Counted from the stretch's first letter, positions 12,127 to 23,395 are shown. The stretch is 64,000 nucleotides of DNA from an uncultured Acidobacteriota bacterium (GCA_963796275.1 CAWCKY010000004.1:832001-896000); one strand, 5' to 3'. The notes: generated from the sequence alone by a model not told the origin. A program made the numbers and translations.

Positions 12127-14865
12127 ATGAATCGAGTCTTCGTTCTCATCATTTGCTTTTGCATTACGTGCTTTTGCATTTGGGCGAGCAGCTACCAGGT
12201 CCGCTCATCGACCGCGCAGGTTCGGGAAATTGCCGAAAACAGAGGCGCCGCATCAGTCTGGCCAGCTTTGCTCCGTCTGCGCACGACCGCGACAGTGCTG
12301 CATACGACCGCACACCCCGACGATGAAGATGGCCCTCTGCTCACGTGGCTTTCACGCAAGTCCGGGATACGCACTGGCCTGCTTACCCTCAATCGCGGCG
12401 AAGGCGGAGCCAATCTGATAGGCCCGGAGCTGTACGACGCGCTTGGCATATTGCGAACCGAGGAGCTGTTGGCCGCCGGAAGATATTACGGCGTCGATCA
12501 GATGTTCACGCGCGCGACCGATTTCGGATTCTCGAAACGGTTGGATGAAACGCTCGAACACTGGGGCAAAGATGCTGTGCTCGGCGACGTCGTGCACGCG
12601 ATCCGGTTATATCGACCAGATATCGTCGTTTCGCGTTTTCATGGCAAATTTCGGGATGGACACGGAAATCATCAGGCTGCCGGGTTGTTGAGCATTGATG
12701 CGTTCAAGGCGGCCGCCGATCCCAAGCTCTTCCCGGAGCACTTCAAAGAAGGCCTCAACCCCTGGCAGGTTAAGAAGCTCTATCTCAGCTTGCGCGAAAA
12801 TGAGGTCAGTAATCTCAATCCGGAGTCCGCATCCAGACCTGGAACGGTTACCAGGTCGAACCCCATATTGAAGATCGATGCCGGCGAATACGACCCGCTG
12901 CTCGGACGTTCATATACGGAGATCGCGCGCGACGGGTTGAGCCATCAGCGGTCCCAAGGCGCGGGTCAAGCGTTCGCGCAGCCGGGTTCATCATTCACCT
13001 CCTTAATCCTGGCCGACAGCGCAATTCCACCGGTCAAGTTTGAAAAGAGCATATTCGATGGGATCGATACGACGATAAACGGATTAGCAAAACTCGCGGG
13101 ATCGATCGATATCTCTTCCGAACTGAGTGAAATCAACAACCGGATCGAAGCGGCCATAACGAAATTTGACGCCCGCCGGCCCGGGATCGTCGCCGCCGAG
13201 CTTGCCGCCGGGATGCGAACGACGCGCGCTTTGATCGAGAAGATCAAACAGATCGATGAAGCGTATAAGGATCATTTACTCTTCTTGCTCAAAAATAAAG
13301 AGCGCGAATTTAACGATGCCATGAACAAAGCGCTGGGATTGTCGCTGGAGGTTCTGGTCAAACCTAAAACTCCACCTGCCGGATCGACGTCTCCTTTCCA
13401 TCCGCGGGAAACATTCAATGTTGCAATTCCAGGACAAAGTTTCGGTATTGACATTTATTTGACCAGCCGTGGACGCCATTTAATAAATCCCAATCGCATC
13501 AAAGTAGAATTGCAAGTTCCAGCAGGTTGGAACTCTTACGTTTATCCACCGATTCCCGCCTTCTGGAGCGATAATGCGCGTTATCAATTCATGGCATCGG
13601 TGAAAATACCGGACGATGCGAAATACACCAGACCCTACTGGTCGCGCGCCGATGAATTGCGCGATCATATTTATCGGATCGACAAACCGGAATATCAGCA
13701 TCTTCCCTTCTCTCCGCCGGAGGTCATCGGCATCTTCAATTACGAGATCGCCGGCGTCAAATTCGAGCTCGCACAGCCTGCGCAGACCGTCTATCTCGAG
13801 CGGCCCTGGGGCGAGCGGCGGCGCCTGTTGACGGTTGCGCCGTCTATCAATGTCGGCATCTCACCGCGCATCGGCATTGTGCCTATCACCGCATCGGCCA
13901 CTTCATTCAACGTCAGCGCGGGCGTTTCCAACAATGTCAACGGCGAGGCAGCCGGTAAGGTACGTTTAAAATTGCCCGAGGGCTGGACATCGACTCCGGC
14001 TGAACACAATTTCAAATTCGCTCACGAAAGTGAAGTCGGCAGCTTCACCTTCAAGGTCATCGCACCACAGGTCAGCGCAGGCATCGAATACGAGGTCCGC
14101 GCCGTCGCCGAATATTCGGGCCGAGAATACGGCGAGGGCTATCAGGTGATCGCACATCCCGACCTGGAACCGCGTCACCTCTATCGCGCCGCCACAATGA
14201 AGGTTCGCGGAATCGATTTCAAAGTTGCGCCGAATCTGGTGGTCGGGTATGTAATGGGCGTTGGCGATGAAATGCCGAAAGCGCTCGAGCAGATGGGAGT
14301 GCGAGTAACCATGCTGGGTGAGAATGATCTGGCCAATGGTCGACTTGATCATTATGACGCGATAATCATCGGCATCCGAGCTACAGCCGTACGTGACGAT
14401 CTGAAGGCATACAGCAAGAATCTGCTCGATTATGCCGAGCGCGGAGGCAACCTCATATATCAATATCAAACGCAGGAGTTCGATGACGCACCTTATGGAC
14501 CTTATCGGTATCAGCTCAGCGCGCGCGCCGAAGAAGTCTCCGAAGAAGATGCGAAGGTGACGATTCTCGATCCCGCGCATCCTTTCTTCAATTTTCCCAA
14601 TAAAATCACGTCTGCCGATTTCGAGGGGTGGCTGGAAGAACGAGGCTCAAAATGGATGACTAGTTGGGATGATCACTATAAGGCCTTGCTTGAAAGCCAC
14701 GATCGCTCGCAACCGCCGCAGCGTGGCGGACTGCTCTATGCGCAATATGGCAAGGGAACGTTTACATATGCGGCTTACGCGTTCTATCGTCAATTGCCCG
14801 CAGGCGTACAGGGCGGGTACCGATTGTTTGCGAACATCATCAGTATGAAGAAACGTCCAATCTAA
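12127..14865 (+). CDS. PIG-L/LmbE-family deacetylase with NEW3-like and C-terminal GATase-like domains, secreted
   Basis: AHPDDE, NRGEGG, RTEELLAA, DFGFSK, GHGNH; C-terminal VGYVMGVGD...YDAIIIGIRA...RQLPAGV. Confidence 0.88.
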   Translation: MNRVFVLIICFCITCFCIWASSYQVRSSTAQVREIAENRGAASVWPALLRLRTTATVLHTTAHPDDEDGPLLTWLSRKSGIRTGLLTLNRGEGGANLIGPELYDALGILRTEELLAAGRYYGVDQMFTRATDFGFSKRLDETLEHWGKDAVLGDVVHAIRLYRPDIVVSRFHGKFRDGHGNHQAAGLLSIDAFKAAADPKLFPEHFKEGLNPWQVKKLYLSLRENEVSNLNPESASRPGTVTRSNPILKIDAGEYDPLLGRSYTEIARDGLSHQRSQGAGQAFAQPGSSFTSLILADSAIPPVKFEKSIFDGIDTTINGLAKLAGSIDISSELSEINNRIEAAITKFDARRPGIVAAELAAGMRTTRALIEKIKQIDEAYKDHLLFLLKNKEREFNDAMNKALGLSLEVLVKPKTPPAGSTSPFHPRETFNVAIPGQSFGIDIYLTSRGRHLINPNRIKVELQVPAGWNSYVYPPIPAFWSDNARYQFMASVKIPDDAKYTRPYWSRADELRDHIYRIDKPEYQHLPFSPPEVIGIFNYEIAGVKFELAQPAQTVYLERPWGERRRLLTVAPSINVGISPRIGIVPITASATSFNVSAGVSNNVNGEAAGKVRLKLPEGWTSTPAEHNFKFAHESEVGSFTFKVIAPQVSAGIEYEVRAVAEYSGREYGEGYQVIAHPDLEPRHLYRAATMKVRGIDFKVAPNLVVGYVMGVGDEMPKALEQMGVRVTMLGENDLANGRLDHYDAIIIGIRATAVRDDLKAYSKNLLDYAERGGNLIYQYQTQEFDDAPYGPYRYQLSARAEEVSEEDAKVTILDPAHPFFNFPNKITSADFEGWLEERGSKWMTSWDDHYKALLESHDRSQPPQRGGLLYAQYGKGTFTYAAYAFYRQLPAGVQGGYRLFANIISMKKRPI

Positions 14866-15082
14866 TTCGGGCTGACAAACAAGTTCTGCCCCCTACGTAG
14901 TTCCATTCGCCCAATTAAAGTGCAAACGAAAAATGTCGAAACGGACGGAAAGCTTATGATTTTTTCGTTTATTTCGTTTATTTTGTAGCCCTCGTTTCCC
15001 CCTTGCTTTGGCAATAATCTTCCACCGTTAAATGCGGGGCTACCGGGCGCCAAATTTGCGGTTAATTCTCTAAAGATAAACA

Positions 15083-17320
15083 ATGGCTTCACCAGTCACA
15101 CGCGTAGAGATCGTACAAAATAAAATCGACGACTATCTGGCAACTGCAAGGCCAGCCGGCTCTCAGCTTGCTCTGAGCGATAAGCTCAGCCCTGAAACCG
15201 ATCTGACAGTGCGGCAGGCTCTCGAGATATACGAGGATCAGGTGACGAGCCGCCTGCTCGACGTCGCGGCGCGCGAACTCAAAAAGCGCAATGAAGGCTT
15301 CTACACCATCTCCAGCGCAGGACACGAGAACAACGCGATCATCGGGACGATGTTGCGGTTGGATGATACGTGTTTCCTCCATTACCGTTCCGGCGCCTTG
15401 ATGCTGGCGCGCGGGCGTAAGCTGCCGGGGACGAATATGCTCTTCGATACCCTGGTCTCGTTCTGCGCTTCCGCCGACGACCCCATCGCACAGGGCCGCC
15501 ACAAAGTCTGGGGAAGCTATCCGCTGCGTGTTCTCCCGCAGACCAGCACTATCGCTTCGCATCTGCCCAAGGCCGCCGGTTTCGCATTTGCAGTGCGACA
15601 AGCGCGCCGCATCGGGCGCATGAGCGATCTGGGCGACGACTCCATCGTTTGCTGCTCTTTCGGCGATGCTTCGGCCAATCACGCTACGGCGCTCTCCGGC
15701 ATCAACGCTGCGCGATATACGGTGCGGCGAGGCGGACCGGCGCCCATTCTTTTCCTGTGCGAGGACAACGGCATAGGAATTTCGGTTGAAACACCGCGGG
15801 ACTGGATCCGCGATTCATTCGACAATCTGCCGCACCTCAAATATTTCGAAGCTGATGGAACGATCGATGAAATCTGGGACGTCGCCGAGGAAGCGATAAA
15901 AACGTGCCGCGTCTCACGCGCCCCGGTCTTTCTCCATCTGCACGTCACGCGCTTATGGGGACACGCCGGCACCGATGTCGAAACAACCTATCACACGATC
16001 GAAGAGATTGCAGCCGCCGAAGCCGAGGACCCGCTCATGCTGAATGCTCAGCGGTTGATTGAGACGGGCGCCGCCACCCCGGCCGGTCTGCGATCGATGA
16101 TCGACAGCGTTCGAGCCCGGATCGATTCGTTGATGGAAGAAGCCGTCAGCAGGCCAAAGCTCAAAACGGTCGAACAGGTGATCGCTCCCCTGGCGCCTTA
16201 TGATGAGGAAGCGATTCGCTCTTCTACCCAAATCGCGGCCGACCGCAAGGCACGCGAAAAACTATTTGATAACGCGCTTCCTGAGAATGCGTTCGCGCCG
16301 ACGAAACGGACGATGGCCGCGCACATCAACTCGGCGCTCGCTGACGAGATGCTGCGTTTTCCTGAGATCATCGTCTTCGGAGAGGACGTCGGCAAAAAGG
16401 GCGGCGTGTATTATGTGACTCAAGGCCTGCAGAAGAGATTCGGCGTGGCGCGGGTCTTCGATACGCTGCTCGATGAAACTACCATTCTGGGAGTAGCCCA
16501 GGGCGCGTCGATCGCCGGTTTGTTGCCCATCCCCGAGATCCAATACCTCGCCTATCTTCACAATGCGCTCGATCAGATTCGGGGCGAGGCGTGCTCGCTA
16601 TCGTTCTTCTCCGCCGGCCAATTCACCAATCCGATGGTGGTGCGCATCGCGGGGCTGGCTTATCAAAAAGGCTTCGGGGGCCATTTCCATAACGATAATT
16701 CGATCGGAGCGCTGCGGGATATACCGGGATTGATGATCTGCACTCCGGCGCGCGGAGACGACTCGGCGATGCTTTTGCGCGGTTGTATAGCAGCGGCACG
16801 GGCTTGCGGACGGGTGGCCTGCTTTCTGGAACCGATTGCGCTATACCACGAGAAGGATCTCTATGAAGACGGCGACAACAAATGGCTCTTCGATTATCCG
16901 GCTCCGGGAGAGATGTTGCTGCCCGGCGAAACCGGCCTATATCATCCCGACGCCAAAGATATATTGATTGTGAGCTATGCCAACGGGCTGCGCCTTTCGT
17001 TGCGCGCGGCCCGCAGGCTTAAAGAAAAATTCGGCGTCGCTGCGCGGGTCATCGATCTGCGATGGTTGAACCCTCTACCGTTTGAAGTAGTAAAAATGCA
17101 CGCCGAAGAATGCGATAGAGTGCTCGTCGTCGATGAATGCCGCGCAACCGGAGGCGGCATAGCCGATGCAATACTTGCGTCGCTGGCGGAAGAAGGGTTT
17201 AAAGGGACGATGCGATCAGTACGCGCGGTCGATTCGTATGTCCCTCTGGGGGCGGCAGCGAACCTGGTGTTGATTTCCGAGGAGCAGATTCTTGAGGCGG
17301 CTCGGGTTATTTGTAGTTAA
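15083..17320 (+). CDS. Fused E1 alpha/beta ThDP-dependent 2-oxoacid (likely branched-chain) dehydrogenase
   Basis: FYTISSAGHE, FLHYRS, FGDAS...DNGIGIS, GEDVGKKGGV, RVFDTLLDE, EIQY, GGHFH, DLRWLNPL. Confidence 0.9.
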   Translation: MASPVTRVEIVQNKIDDYLATARPAGSQLALSDKLSPETDLTVRQALEIYEDQVTSRLLDVAARELKKRNEGFYTISSAGHENNAIIGTMLRLDDTCFLHYRSGALMLARGRKLPGTNMLFDTLVSFCASADDPIAQGRHKVWGSYPLRVLPQTSTIASHLPKAAGFAFAVRQARRIGRMSDLGDDSIVCCSFGDASANHATALSGINAARYTVRRGGPAPILFLCEDNGIGISVETPRDWIRDSFDNLPHLKYFEADGTIDEIWDVAEEAIKTCRVSRAPVFLHLHVTRLWGHAGTDVETTYHTIEEIAAAEAEDPLMLNAQRLIETGAATPAGLRSMIDSVRARIDSLMEEAVSRPKLKTVEQVIAPLAPYDEEAIRSSTQIAADRKAREKLFDNALPENAFAPTKRTMAAHINSALADEMLRFPEIIVFGEDVGKKGGVYYVTQGLQKRFGVARVFDTLLDETTILGVAQGASIAGLLPIPEIQYLAYLHNALDQIRGEACSLSFFSAGQFTNPMVVRIAGLAYQKGFGGHFHNDNSIGALRDIPGLMICTPARGDDSAMLLRGCIAAARACGRVACFLEPIALYHEKDLYEDGDNKWLFDYPAPGEMLLPGETGLYHPDAKDILIVSYANGLRLSLRAARRLKEKFGVAARVIDLRWLNPLPFEVVKMHAEECDRVLVVDECRATGGGIADAILASLAEEGFKGTMRSVRAVDSYVPLGAAANLVLISEEQILEAARVICS

Positions 17321-17432
17321 ACTCAACGAGGCGCAAAGACTACCGAAAAAATGTTTAAGACAGAAGACAACATACTATTTCTCTCTGCGACTTAAGTTTC
17401 TGTCACTTTTTAATGGAATTCACACGATTGAA

Positions 17433-18293
17433 ATGAACCAAACATGTCTCATCACGGGCGCAAATTCAGGGATCGGCAAAGTTACCGCACGCGCGCTGGC
17501 CGCCAGCGGCGCGACCGTTATTATGGTTTGCCGGGATCGGACTAAAGGCGAGGTGGCTCGCGCCGAGATCCGCGGGGTAACAAACAACGACCGGGTCGAG
17601 CTGCTAATCGCCGATCTGTCCGAACAGCGCCAGATCAGGCGACTCGCGGCAGAGGTGAAAGAACGATTTGCAGAACTGCATATACTGATCAACAACGCCG
17701 GAATATGGAACGACAAACGCGAGGTCACTGTCGATGGATTCGAGACCACCTGGGCGTTGAACCATCTCGCGTACTTCCTGCTCACTGAAGAATTGATCGA
17801 TTTGCTTAAGTCCTCAGCTCCCGCGCGCATCATCAATCTCTCATCCGATTACCACAAGTTGGGGCATATAGATTTCAATGACACACAGCTCAGTCGAGGA
17901 TACAGCGGAGGGAGAGCATACGGCCAGTCGAAATTGGCCAATGTGATATTCACCTATGAGCTCGCACGAAGACTGAGAGGCACGGGAGTTACGGCCAACT
18001 GCCTGCATCCGGGAGCGGTGAACACCAATTTCTTCAACAATATCGGGGGCCTATTCGGAATACTGACCTGGATCGGAAAACCATTTTTGCGCACTCCGGC
18101 AAAGGGAGCGGAGACGGTCATCTGGCTGGCCTCATCTCCTGAAGTAGAGCATGTCAGCGGCAAGTATTTCTTTGATCGCAGAGAGAGGCGATCCAGCCCG
18201 GAGTCATATGACCAGAAGGTTGCTCAAAGCTTATGGGAAGTCAGCGAGAGAATGACGAATGGATCGTTCATTTCTTCGAGTACCGCGCCCTGA
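17433..18293 (+). CDS. Short-chain dehydrogenase/reductase (retinol dehydrogenase-like)
   Basis: ITGANSGIG, LINNAG, YGQSK (YxxxK), HPGAVNT. ATG at 17433. Confidence 0.92.
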   Translation: MNQTCLITGANSGIGKVTARALAASGATVIMVCRDRTKGEVARAEIRGVTNNDRVELLIADLSEQRQIRRLAAEVKERFAELHILINNAGIWNDKREVTVDGFETTWALNHLAYFLLTEELIDLLKSSAPARIINLSSDYHKLGHIDFNDTQLSRGYSGGRAYGQSKLANVIFTYELARRLRGTGVTANCLHPGAVNTNFFNNIGGLFGILTWIGKPFLRTPAKGAETVIWLASSPEVEHVSGKYFFDRRERRSSPESYDQKVAQSLWEVSERMTNGSFISSSTAP

Positions 18294-18383
18294 TACAATG
18301 AATACCATTGTGAGTGTAATCGCTTCCGCGCAGTTGCAAAGTGTCATGGCTAACTGCCCCACCAGGGTGCGGAGGGAGGCCGT

Positions 18384-19376
18384 ATGAAAAACAAAGTCAT
18401 CGGGATTGTCATCACGATGTCGATTGCGGCATTGCTCCCGATATTCCGTGGAGTATCGGAGCAAATCGAAACCCAATCTGCGCAACAAAAAAAGCAAAAA
18501 TACGACTCAGCGACTGCTATCGGCGCAGAATTTCCCGCTTCAGTGCAAGATCCTCAGAAACCACAGGATCGAATCTTGATCAAGACAAACCTGGTCAACC
18601 TGACGGTAACCGTGAGCGACCGGCTCGGGAGGTTTGTGACCGGACTTTCGCCAGAGAATTTTGAAGTTTATGATGACAACATCAAGCAACAGATCGCTTT
18701 TTTCGCCAACGAGGATTCACCGGTGTCGATGGGAATCGTCTATGATGTCTCCGGCTCGATGAAGGATTTCAGCGCTCATTCGCTGCGAATGCTCAGACAA
18801 TTTTTCGAGAACTCACATAAAGAAGACGAATTCTTTGTCATCGCATTCAACAACCGCACACATCTCGTTCATGACTTTTCATCCTTGCCCGACGAGATCA
18901 TCAACCGTGTGGGCTTTATCAAGTCCGACGGCAGCACTGCCCTCATTGACGCGACGTATCTTGCGACCGAAAAGGTACGCCAGGGGCGACACCACAAGAA
19001 AGTCCTCCTGATTTTTTCCGACGGAGAGGAAAATAGCAGCCGGTATTCAGGAAGGGAGCTGAAAAATCTGCTCAACGAGACCGATGTCCAAATCTATGCC
19101 ATTGGAATGAGCGAGTGGAGCAGCGGCGCCCCCACGTTGAAATTCCTCTCTGAACCGACCGGCGGGCAAGCGTTCTTTCCTCTCGATTACGTATCGGCGG
19201 ATTTCGTCTACACCAGACTCGCATTGATGCTGAGAAATCAGTACGTCATCGGCTTCTATCCGAACAATACGGCATATGACGAGAAGTGGCACAAACTGCG
19301 CGTCTTGCTCAATGCGCACAAACAACTTGGTAAACTGAAGATATTCTACAAAAATGGCTACTGGTCCAAAAAATAA
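18384..19376 (+). CDS. VWA-domain protein (acidobacterial VWFA type)
   Basis: Signal peptide, LVNLTVTVSD...GLSPENFEVYDD, MIDAS motif DVSGS, TALIDA, SDGEEN, TGG, QYVIGFYP. Confidence 0.88.
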   Translation: MKNKVIGIVITMSIAALLPIFRGVSEQIETQSAQQKKQKYDSATAIGAEFPASVQDPQKPQDRILIKTNLVNLTVTVSDRLGRFVTGLSPENFEVYDDNIKQQIAFFANEDSPVSMGIVYDVSGSMKDFSAHSLRMLRQFFENSHKEDEFFVIAFNNRTHLVHDFSSLPDEIINRVGFIKSDGSTALIDATYLATEKVRQGRHHKKVLLIFSDGEENSSRYSGRELKNLLNETDVQIYAIGMSEWSSGAPTLKFLSEPTGGQAFFPLDYVSADFVYTRLALMLRNQYVIGFYPNNTAYDEKWHKLRVLLNAHKQLGKLKIFYKNGYWSKK

Positions 19377-19447
19377 AAGCAGGTCGGGTAATTCATCGGG
19401 CGGAGAAGGTTAAAATTTCCGCCCGATCAGGAGAGGAGTAATACACT

Positions 19448-20290
19448 ATGTCCAACCCTATATTCACCGAAGGCCCCGCAGATAAAGGAGCGGATTCGAC
19501 TTTTCTCGCATCTATAAAAAATGCCGAGAGCTATCGCGACTACACGGCCGAAGCTCGCAGTTGCGTGAAAGAGCTATACCGGCTCAACCATGCAAACCAG
19601 ACGCTCGATTTCGTCCTCAAGAAGAAAGCCGAGTACGGTAAGTTCAATAAAGCGGAGATGGGTATCTGGGAGGCGATGGAGTATTTGAATACGCTGGTCG
19701 ACGACAGCGATCCCGATATCGATTTGAGTCAGGTCGATCACGCGCTGCAAACCGCCGAGGCCATACGTCAGGATGGCCATCCGCGCTGGTTCATACTGAC
19801 CGGCTTGATCCACGACCTGGGAAAGGTGCTTTGCCTCTTTGGCGAACAGCAATGGTCGGTGGTGGGCGATACATTTCCGGTCGGCTGCGCCTACAGCGAT
19901 CGCATCGTTTATTCGGAGTTGTTCAAGGCCAACCCCGATTATCTAAACCCCGCCTTTCAAACTCCGCAGGGGATTTACGAAGCTGGCTGCGGGCTCGACC
20001 ATGTGCATCTTTCCTGGGGCCACGACGAGTACCTCTATTCGGTCGTGCAGAATTACTTACCGCAGGAAGCGTTGTGGATGATCCGTTATCACTCGTGTTA
20101 CCCGGTCCATCGCGAAGGCGCATACGCGCACCTGCTCAATGAAAAGGATCGGGAGATGCTGAAATGGGTTCGGGCATTCAATCCTTATGACTTGTATTCC
20201 AAATGCGATGTGAAACCGGACCTGAGTGAGTTGAAACCATACTATGAAGAATTGATCGGAGAATTTTTTCCACCCAGGATCGCGTGGTGA
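19448..20290 (+). CDS. miox: myo-Inositol oxygenase
   Basis: [56 protein letters not shown] (di-iron ligand motifs). Confidence 0.92.
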   Translation: MSNPIFTEGPADKGADSTFLASIKNAESYRDYTAEARSCVKELYRLNHANQTLDFVLKKKAEYGKFNKAEMGIWEAMEYLNTLVDDSDPDIDLSQVDHALQTAEAIRQDGHPRWFILTGLIHDLGKVLCLFGEQQWSVVGDTFPVGCAYSDRIVYSELFKANPDYLNPAFQTPQGIYEAGCGLDHVHLSWGHDEYLYSVVQNYLPQEALWMIRYHSCYPVHREGAYAHLLNEKDREMLKWVRAFNPYDLYSKCDVKPDLSELKPYYEELIGEFFPPRIAW

Positions 20291-20396
20291 TCTGAAGAGA
20301 GAAAGGGGAAGCAAAAAAGACAAACAAAAATGGCCAAATATTTTTGTCTATTTTGTTATACCTTTTTGCTTCCCTTTTCTCTCTTCTTTTCGAGCC

Positions 20397-21395
20397 ATGA
20401 GTAATCCGTTAGTTATCCAAACAGAGAGCGGTCTTTATTGCGAGGCGGGCGATTTTTATATAGACCCGTGGCTGCCGGTGGAGCGTGCGATCATCACTCA
20501 CGCGCATGCAGATCACGCTCACCCCGATTGCGGACATTATCTCGTGAGCCTCGAGGGAGAACGCCTCTGCCGCGCACGGCTGGGCGCCGACGCCTACATC
20601 GAATCCCTCCCTTACGGTGAGCAGCTTGATATTAATGAAGTGAGCGTTTCGCTGCATCCCGCCGGTCATATATTGGGGTCATCGCAAATCCGCCTCGAAT
20701 ATAAAGGTGAAGTCTGGGTCGTCTCGGGCGATTACAAACTTCGGGAAGATCCGACGTGCAGCCCGTTCGAAATCGTGCGCTGCCATACATTCATCACAGA
20801 AGCCACCTTCGGCCTGCCGATCTATCGCTGGCCATCGCCGCAATCGGTCATGGCCGAAATCAATAATTGGTGGAGAAGCAATCAGGAGACGCAGAAGGCC
20901 AGTTTCTTGCTGGCATATTCAGTGGGTAAAGCGCAGCGCATTCTGAGAGGAATCGATGCAACGATCGGGCCTATTTATACGCATGGCGCGGTTGAAAAGA
21001 TAATTGACGAATACCGGGCCGCTGGGGTTGATCTTCCCGAAACGACGCTCATCTCTGAAGCGCCGAAGAAAACTGATTGGATGAAAGCCTTGATCCTCGC
21101 GCCGCCCTCTGCCAAAGGAACTCCGTGGACGAGGCGCTTCGGAACCCACTCCAGCGCCTTTGCCTCAGGTTGGATGAGCATTCGCGGTACCAGGCGACGC
21201 CAGGCTTTGGATCGCGGCTTCATCCTTTCCGACCATGCCGATTGGGAAGAGCTGTTGACGGCTATCAGAGCGACCGGAGCCGGGCAGGTCTGGGTGACGC
21301 ACGGTTATGTGTCCGTACTCGCGCGTTATCTGCGCGAAGTTTTTGGGCTCGATGCGAGAGAGCTGAGGACGAGTTATGAAGGCGAAGAAGAATAA
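20397..21395 (+). CDS. Ligase-associated DNA-damage-response exonuclease (MBL/beta-CASP)
   Basis: FYIDPW, THAHADH, HPAGHILGS, SGDYK, ITEATFGLP, ASGWM, LSDHADW, THG. Confidence 0.92.
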   Translation: MSNPLVIQTESGLYCEAGDFYIDPWLPVERAIITHAHADHAHPDCGHYLVSLEGERLCRARLGADAYIESLPYGEQLDINEVSVSLHPAGHILGSSQIRLEYKGEVWVVSGDYKLREDPTCSPFEIVRCHTFITEATFGLPIYRWPSPQSVMAEINNWWRSNQETQKASFLLAYSVGKAQRILRGIDATIGPIYTHGAVEKIIDEYRAAGVDLPETTLISEAPKKTDWMKALILAPPSAKGTPWTRRFGTHSSAFASGWMSIRGTRRRQALDRGFILSDHADWEELLTAIRATGAGQVWVTHGYVSVLARYLREVFGLDARELRTSYEGEEE

Positions 21396-21405
21396 AAATA
21401 CTAGA

Positions 21406-21486
21406 GCATTGTTCATTGTTAATTTTACATTTTACATTTGTCATTGAGGAAATGGGGTTCAACCAATGACAAATGAACAATGAACT
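21406..21486. repeat. Inverted blocks of ~7-bp repeats (CATTGTT/CATTTTA ... AATGAAC/AATGACA)
   Basis: Directly visible between the exonuclease and ligase genes. Confidence 0.65.
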
Positions 21487-21503
21487 GGGCCACCCGATAA
21501 ATC

Positions 21504-23114
21504 GTGAAAGCATTTACTGAACTTTATACAGCGCTCGACGAAACGACGAAGACCAACGCGAAGACCGAAGCGCTCGCCCGATATCTGCAACATGCTCCGC
21601 CGGAAGATGCGGCTTGGGCGATCTGGTTCCTCAGCGGCCGGCGGCTGAAACTTGTCGTCCCGACTCGCAGATTATGTGAATGGTCAGCCCGCGAAGCGGG
21701 AATCTCTGATTGGCTGTTCGACGAATCGTATCTCGCCGTCGGTGATTTAGCCGAAACCATAGCGCTGCTCTTGCCCGATCCGGCGGAGATCATGGAGATT
21801 CCGCTTCACCAACTCGTAGTTAAACTCGGGCGATGGCGCAAGCTGGGTGAAGCGGAGCAGCGCGAAGAAGTGTTGCGCTACTGGCGACAGCTCGATCGCA
21901 AGCAGCGATTCGTCCTCAATAAAATCATCACCGGCGAATTTCGCGTGGGCGTCTCAGCGCAGATGGTCATCCGCGCTATCGCCCGGCAAAGCGGCATCGA
22001 TCCCGGGGTGATCGCGCACCGGCTGATGGGCAACTGGGAACCGGGGCCAGAATTTTACCGGCAATTAATGCATCCGGATCATCAGGACGCCGATGTGAGC
22101 AAACCATATCCGTTCTTCCTCGCTTCCCCACTCGATGAAGACCCCGAGTCGCTCGGGGATGTTAAAGACTGGTTCGTCGAATGGAAATGGGATGGCATAC
22201 GTTCGCAACTCATTAGACGCAACGGACAGACTTTTCTCTGGTCGCGCGGAGAAGAGCTCATCACCGAACGTTTCCCGGAATTACAGGCGCTCGGCGACTT
22301 CCTGCCTGAAGGCGTCGCCCTCGACGGCGAAATACTCCCATGGAAGGACGATAAACCAATGCCCTTCGGCCAACTGCAACAACGCATCGGGCGCAAAACT
22401 ATCACAAAGAAAATCCTGACCGATGTTCCGGTCCGGATAGTCGCTTATGATCTGCTCGAATTTGCTGGCGAAGATATCCGGCAGAGACCCCTGATAGAAC
22501 GGCGTAATTTGCTGGCCGGGATCGTCAATGCGTTGCCCGACGCACAAATTCAATTGCTTCACCTGTCGCCGGTTGTCGCAGGCGACTCGTGGGAAACGCT
22601 GCGCGGGTTGCGAGCTACCAGCCGCGACCGCAGCGTAGAGGGCCTCATGCTTAAACGTCTCTCATCGACCTATCGAGTCGGGCGCCAGCGTGGCGACTGG
22701 TGGAAATGGAAGATCGAGCCGTACACAATCGACGCCGTCTTGATCTATGCGCAACGCGGGCACGGACGGCGTGCAAGTTTATACACGGACTATACTTTTG
22801 CGGTCTGGGACGAGAGCACTCTCGTACCCTTCGCCAAAGCATATTCCGGTTTGTCCGACCAGGAGATCGACGAAGTGGACCGCTTCATCCGTCAGAACAC
22901 GGTCGAATCGTTCGGTCCCGTGCGCAGCGTCAAGCCAGAACTGGTTTTTGAGCTGGCATTCGAGGGCTTACAACGATCGTCGCGTCATAAATCTGGTATC
23001 GCTACTCGTTTTCCGCGCATTTTGCGATGGCGTAAAGATAAGAAGATCGAAGAAGCCGACACATTAGGGACAATCAAAGCGATGTTGCCGAGCTCGCATC
23101 CCGACAAAAAATAA
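21504..23114 (+). CDS. ATP-dependent DNA ligase
   Basis: Motif I EWKWDGIR, LDGE, YDLLE, EGLMLK, WWKWK, OB-fold with RFPRI. Confidence 0.95.
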   Translation: MKAFTELYTALDETTKTNAKTEALARYLQHAPPEDAAWAIWFLSGRRLKLVVPTRRLCEWSAREAGISDWLFDESYLAVGDLAETIALLLPDPAEIMEIPLHQLVVKLGRWRKLGEAEQREEVLRYWRQLDRKQRFVLNKIITGEFRVGVSAQMVIRAIARQSGIDPGVIAHRLMGNWEPGPEFYRQLMHPDHQDADVSKPYPFFLASPLDEDPESLGDVKDWFVEWKWDGIRSQLIRRNGQTFLWSRGEELITERFPELQALGDFLPEGVALDGEILPWKDDKPMPFGQLQQRIGRKTITKKILTDVPVRIVAYDLLEFAGEDIRQRPLIERRNLLAGIVNALPDAQIQLLHLSPVVAGDSWETLRGLRATSRDRSVEGLMLKRLSSTYRVGRQRGDWWKWKIEPYTIDAVLIYAQRGHGRRASLYTDYTFAVWDESTLVPFAKAYSGLSDQEIDEVDRFIRQNTVESFGPVRSVKPELVFELAFEGLQRSSRHKSGIATRFPRILRWRKDKKIEEADTLGTIKAMLPSSHPDKK

Positions 23115-23122
23115 TTTTCATG

Positions 23123-23156
23123 AATAGGCAAATATTTCTCTGTTTTGCGTCCTTAT
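23123..23156 (+). promoter_or_regulatory. Candidate ECF-sigma promoter or operator, copy 1 (GGCAAA-N15-CGTC)
   Basis: AATAGGCAAATATTTCTCTGTTTTGCGTCCTTAT; 32/34 identical to 31062-31095. Confidence 0.65.
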
Positions 23157-23395
23157 ATGTATGTGAGAGATTTTTACGATACAAATAATGGTTTTCCCGC
23201 TAGTGACCTCAATGGAATACGAGAAATATTGAATACGGAGGAATTTACAACTCTCACAACTAGTAATCAGTGCGCTCCCCACTCTATAGCGCTAGGAGTT
23301 AGGCAATTCTGTGCTAGATCTCACAGTTGAGGATTGGGATAAGAACCAATCGTTTGCGGTTTGATTTAGTAACAGTACAAAGCTGGTATCATGAA

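Noticed and set aside
23123-23156. c-di-GMP-I riboswitch (GGACGCAAAA on the minus strand, GGCAAA on the plus strand)
   Set aside because: The two signature words are on opposite strands, and the GAAA-capped stem and downstream stem are missing.
23145-23330. 61-aa ORF as a signalling-peptide precursor
   Set aside because: It has a TTG start inside the putative promoter element, no RBS and no precursor features.
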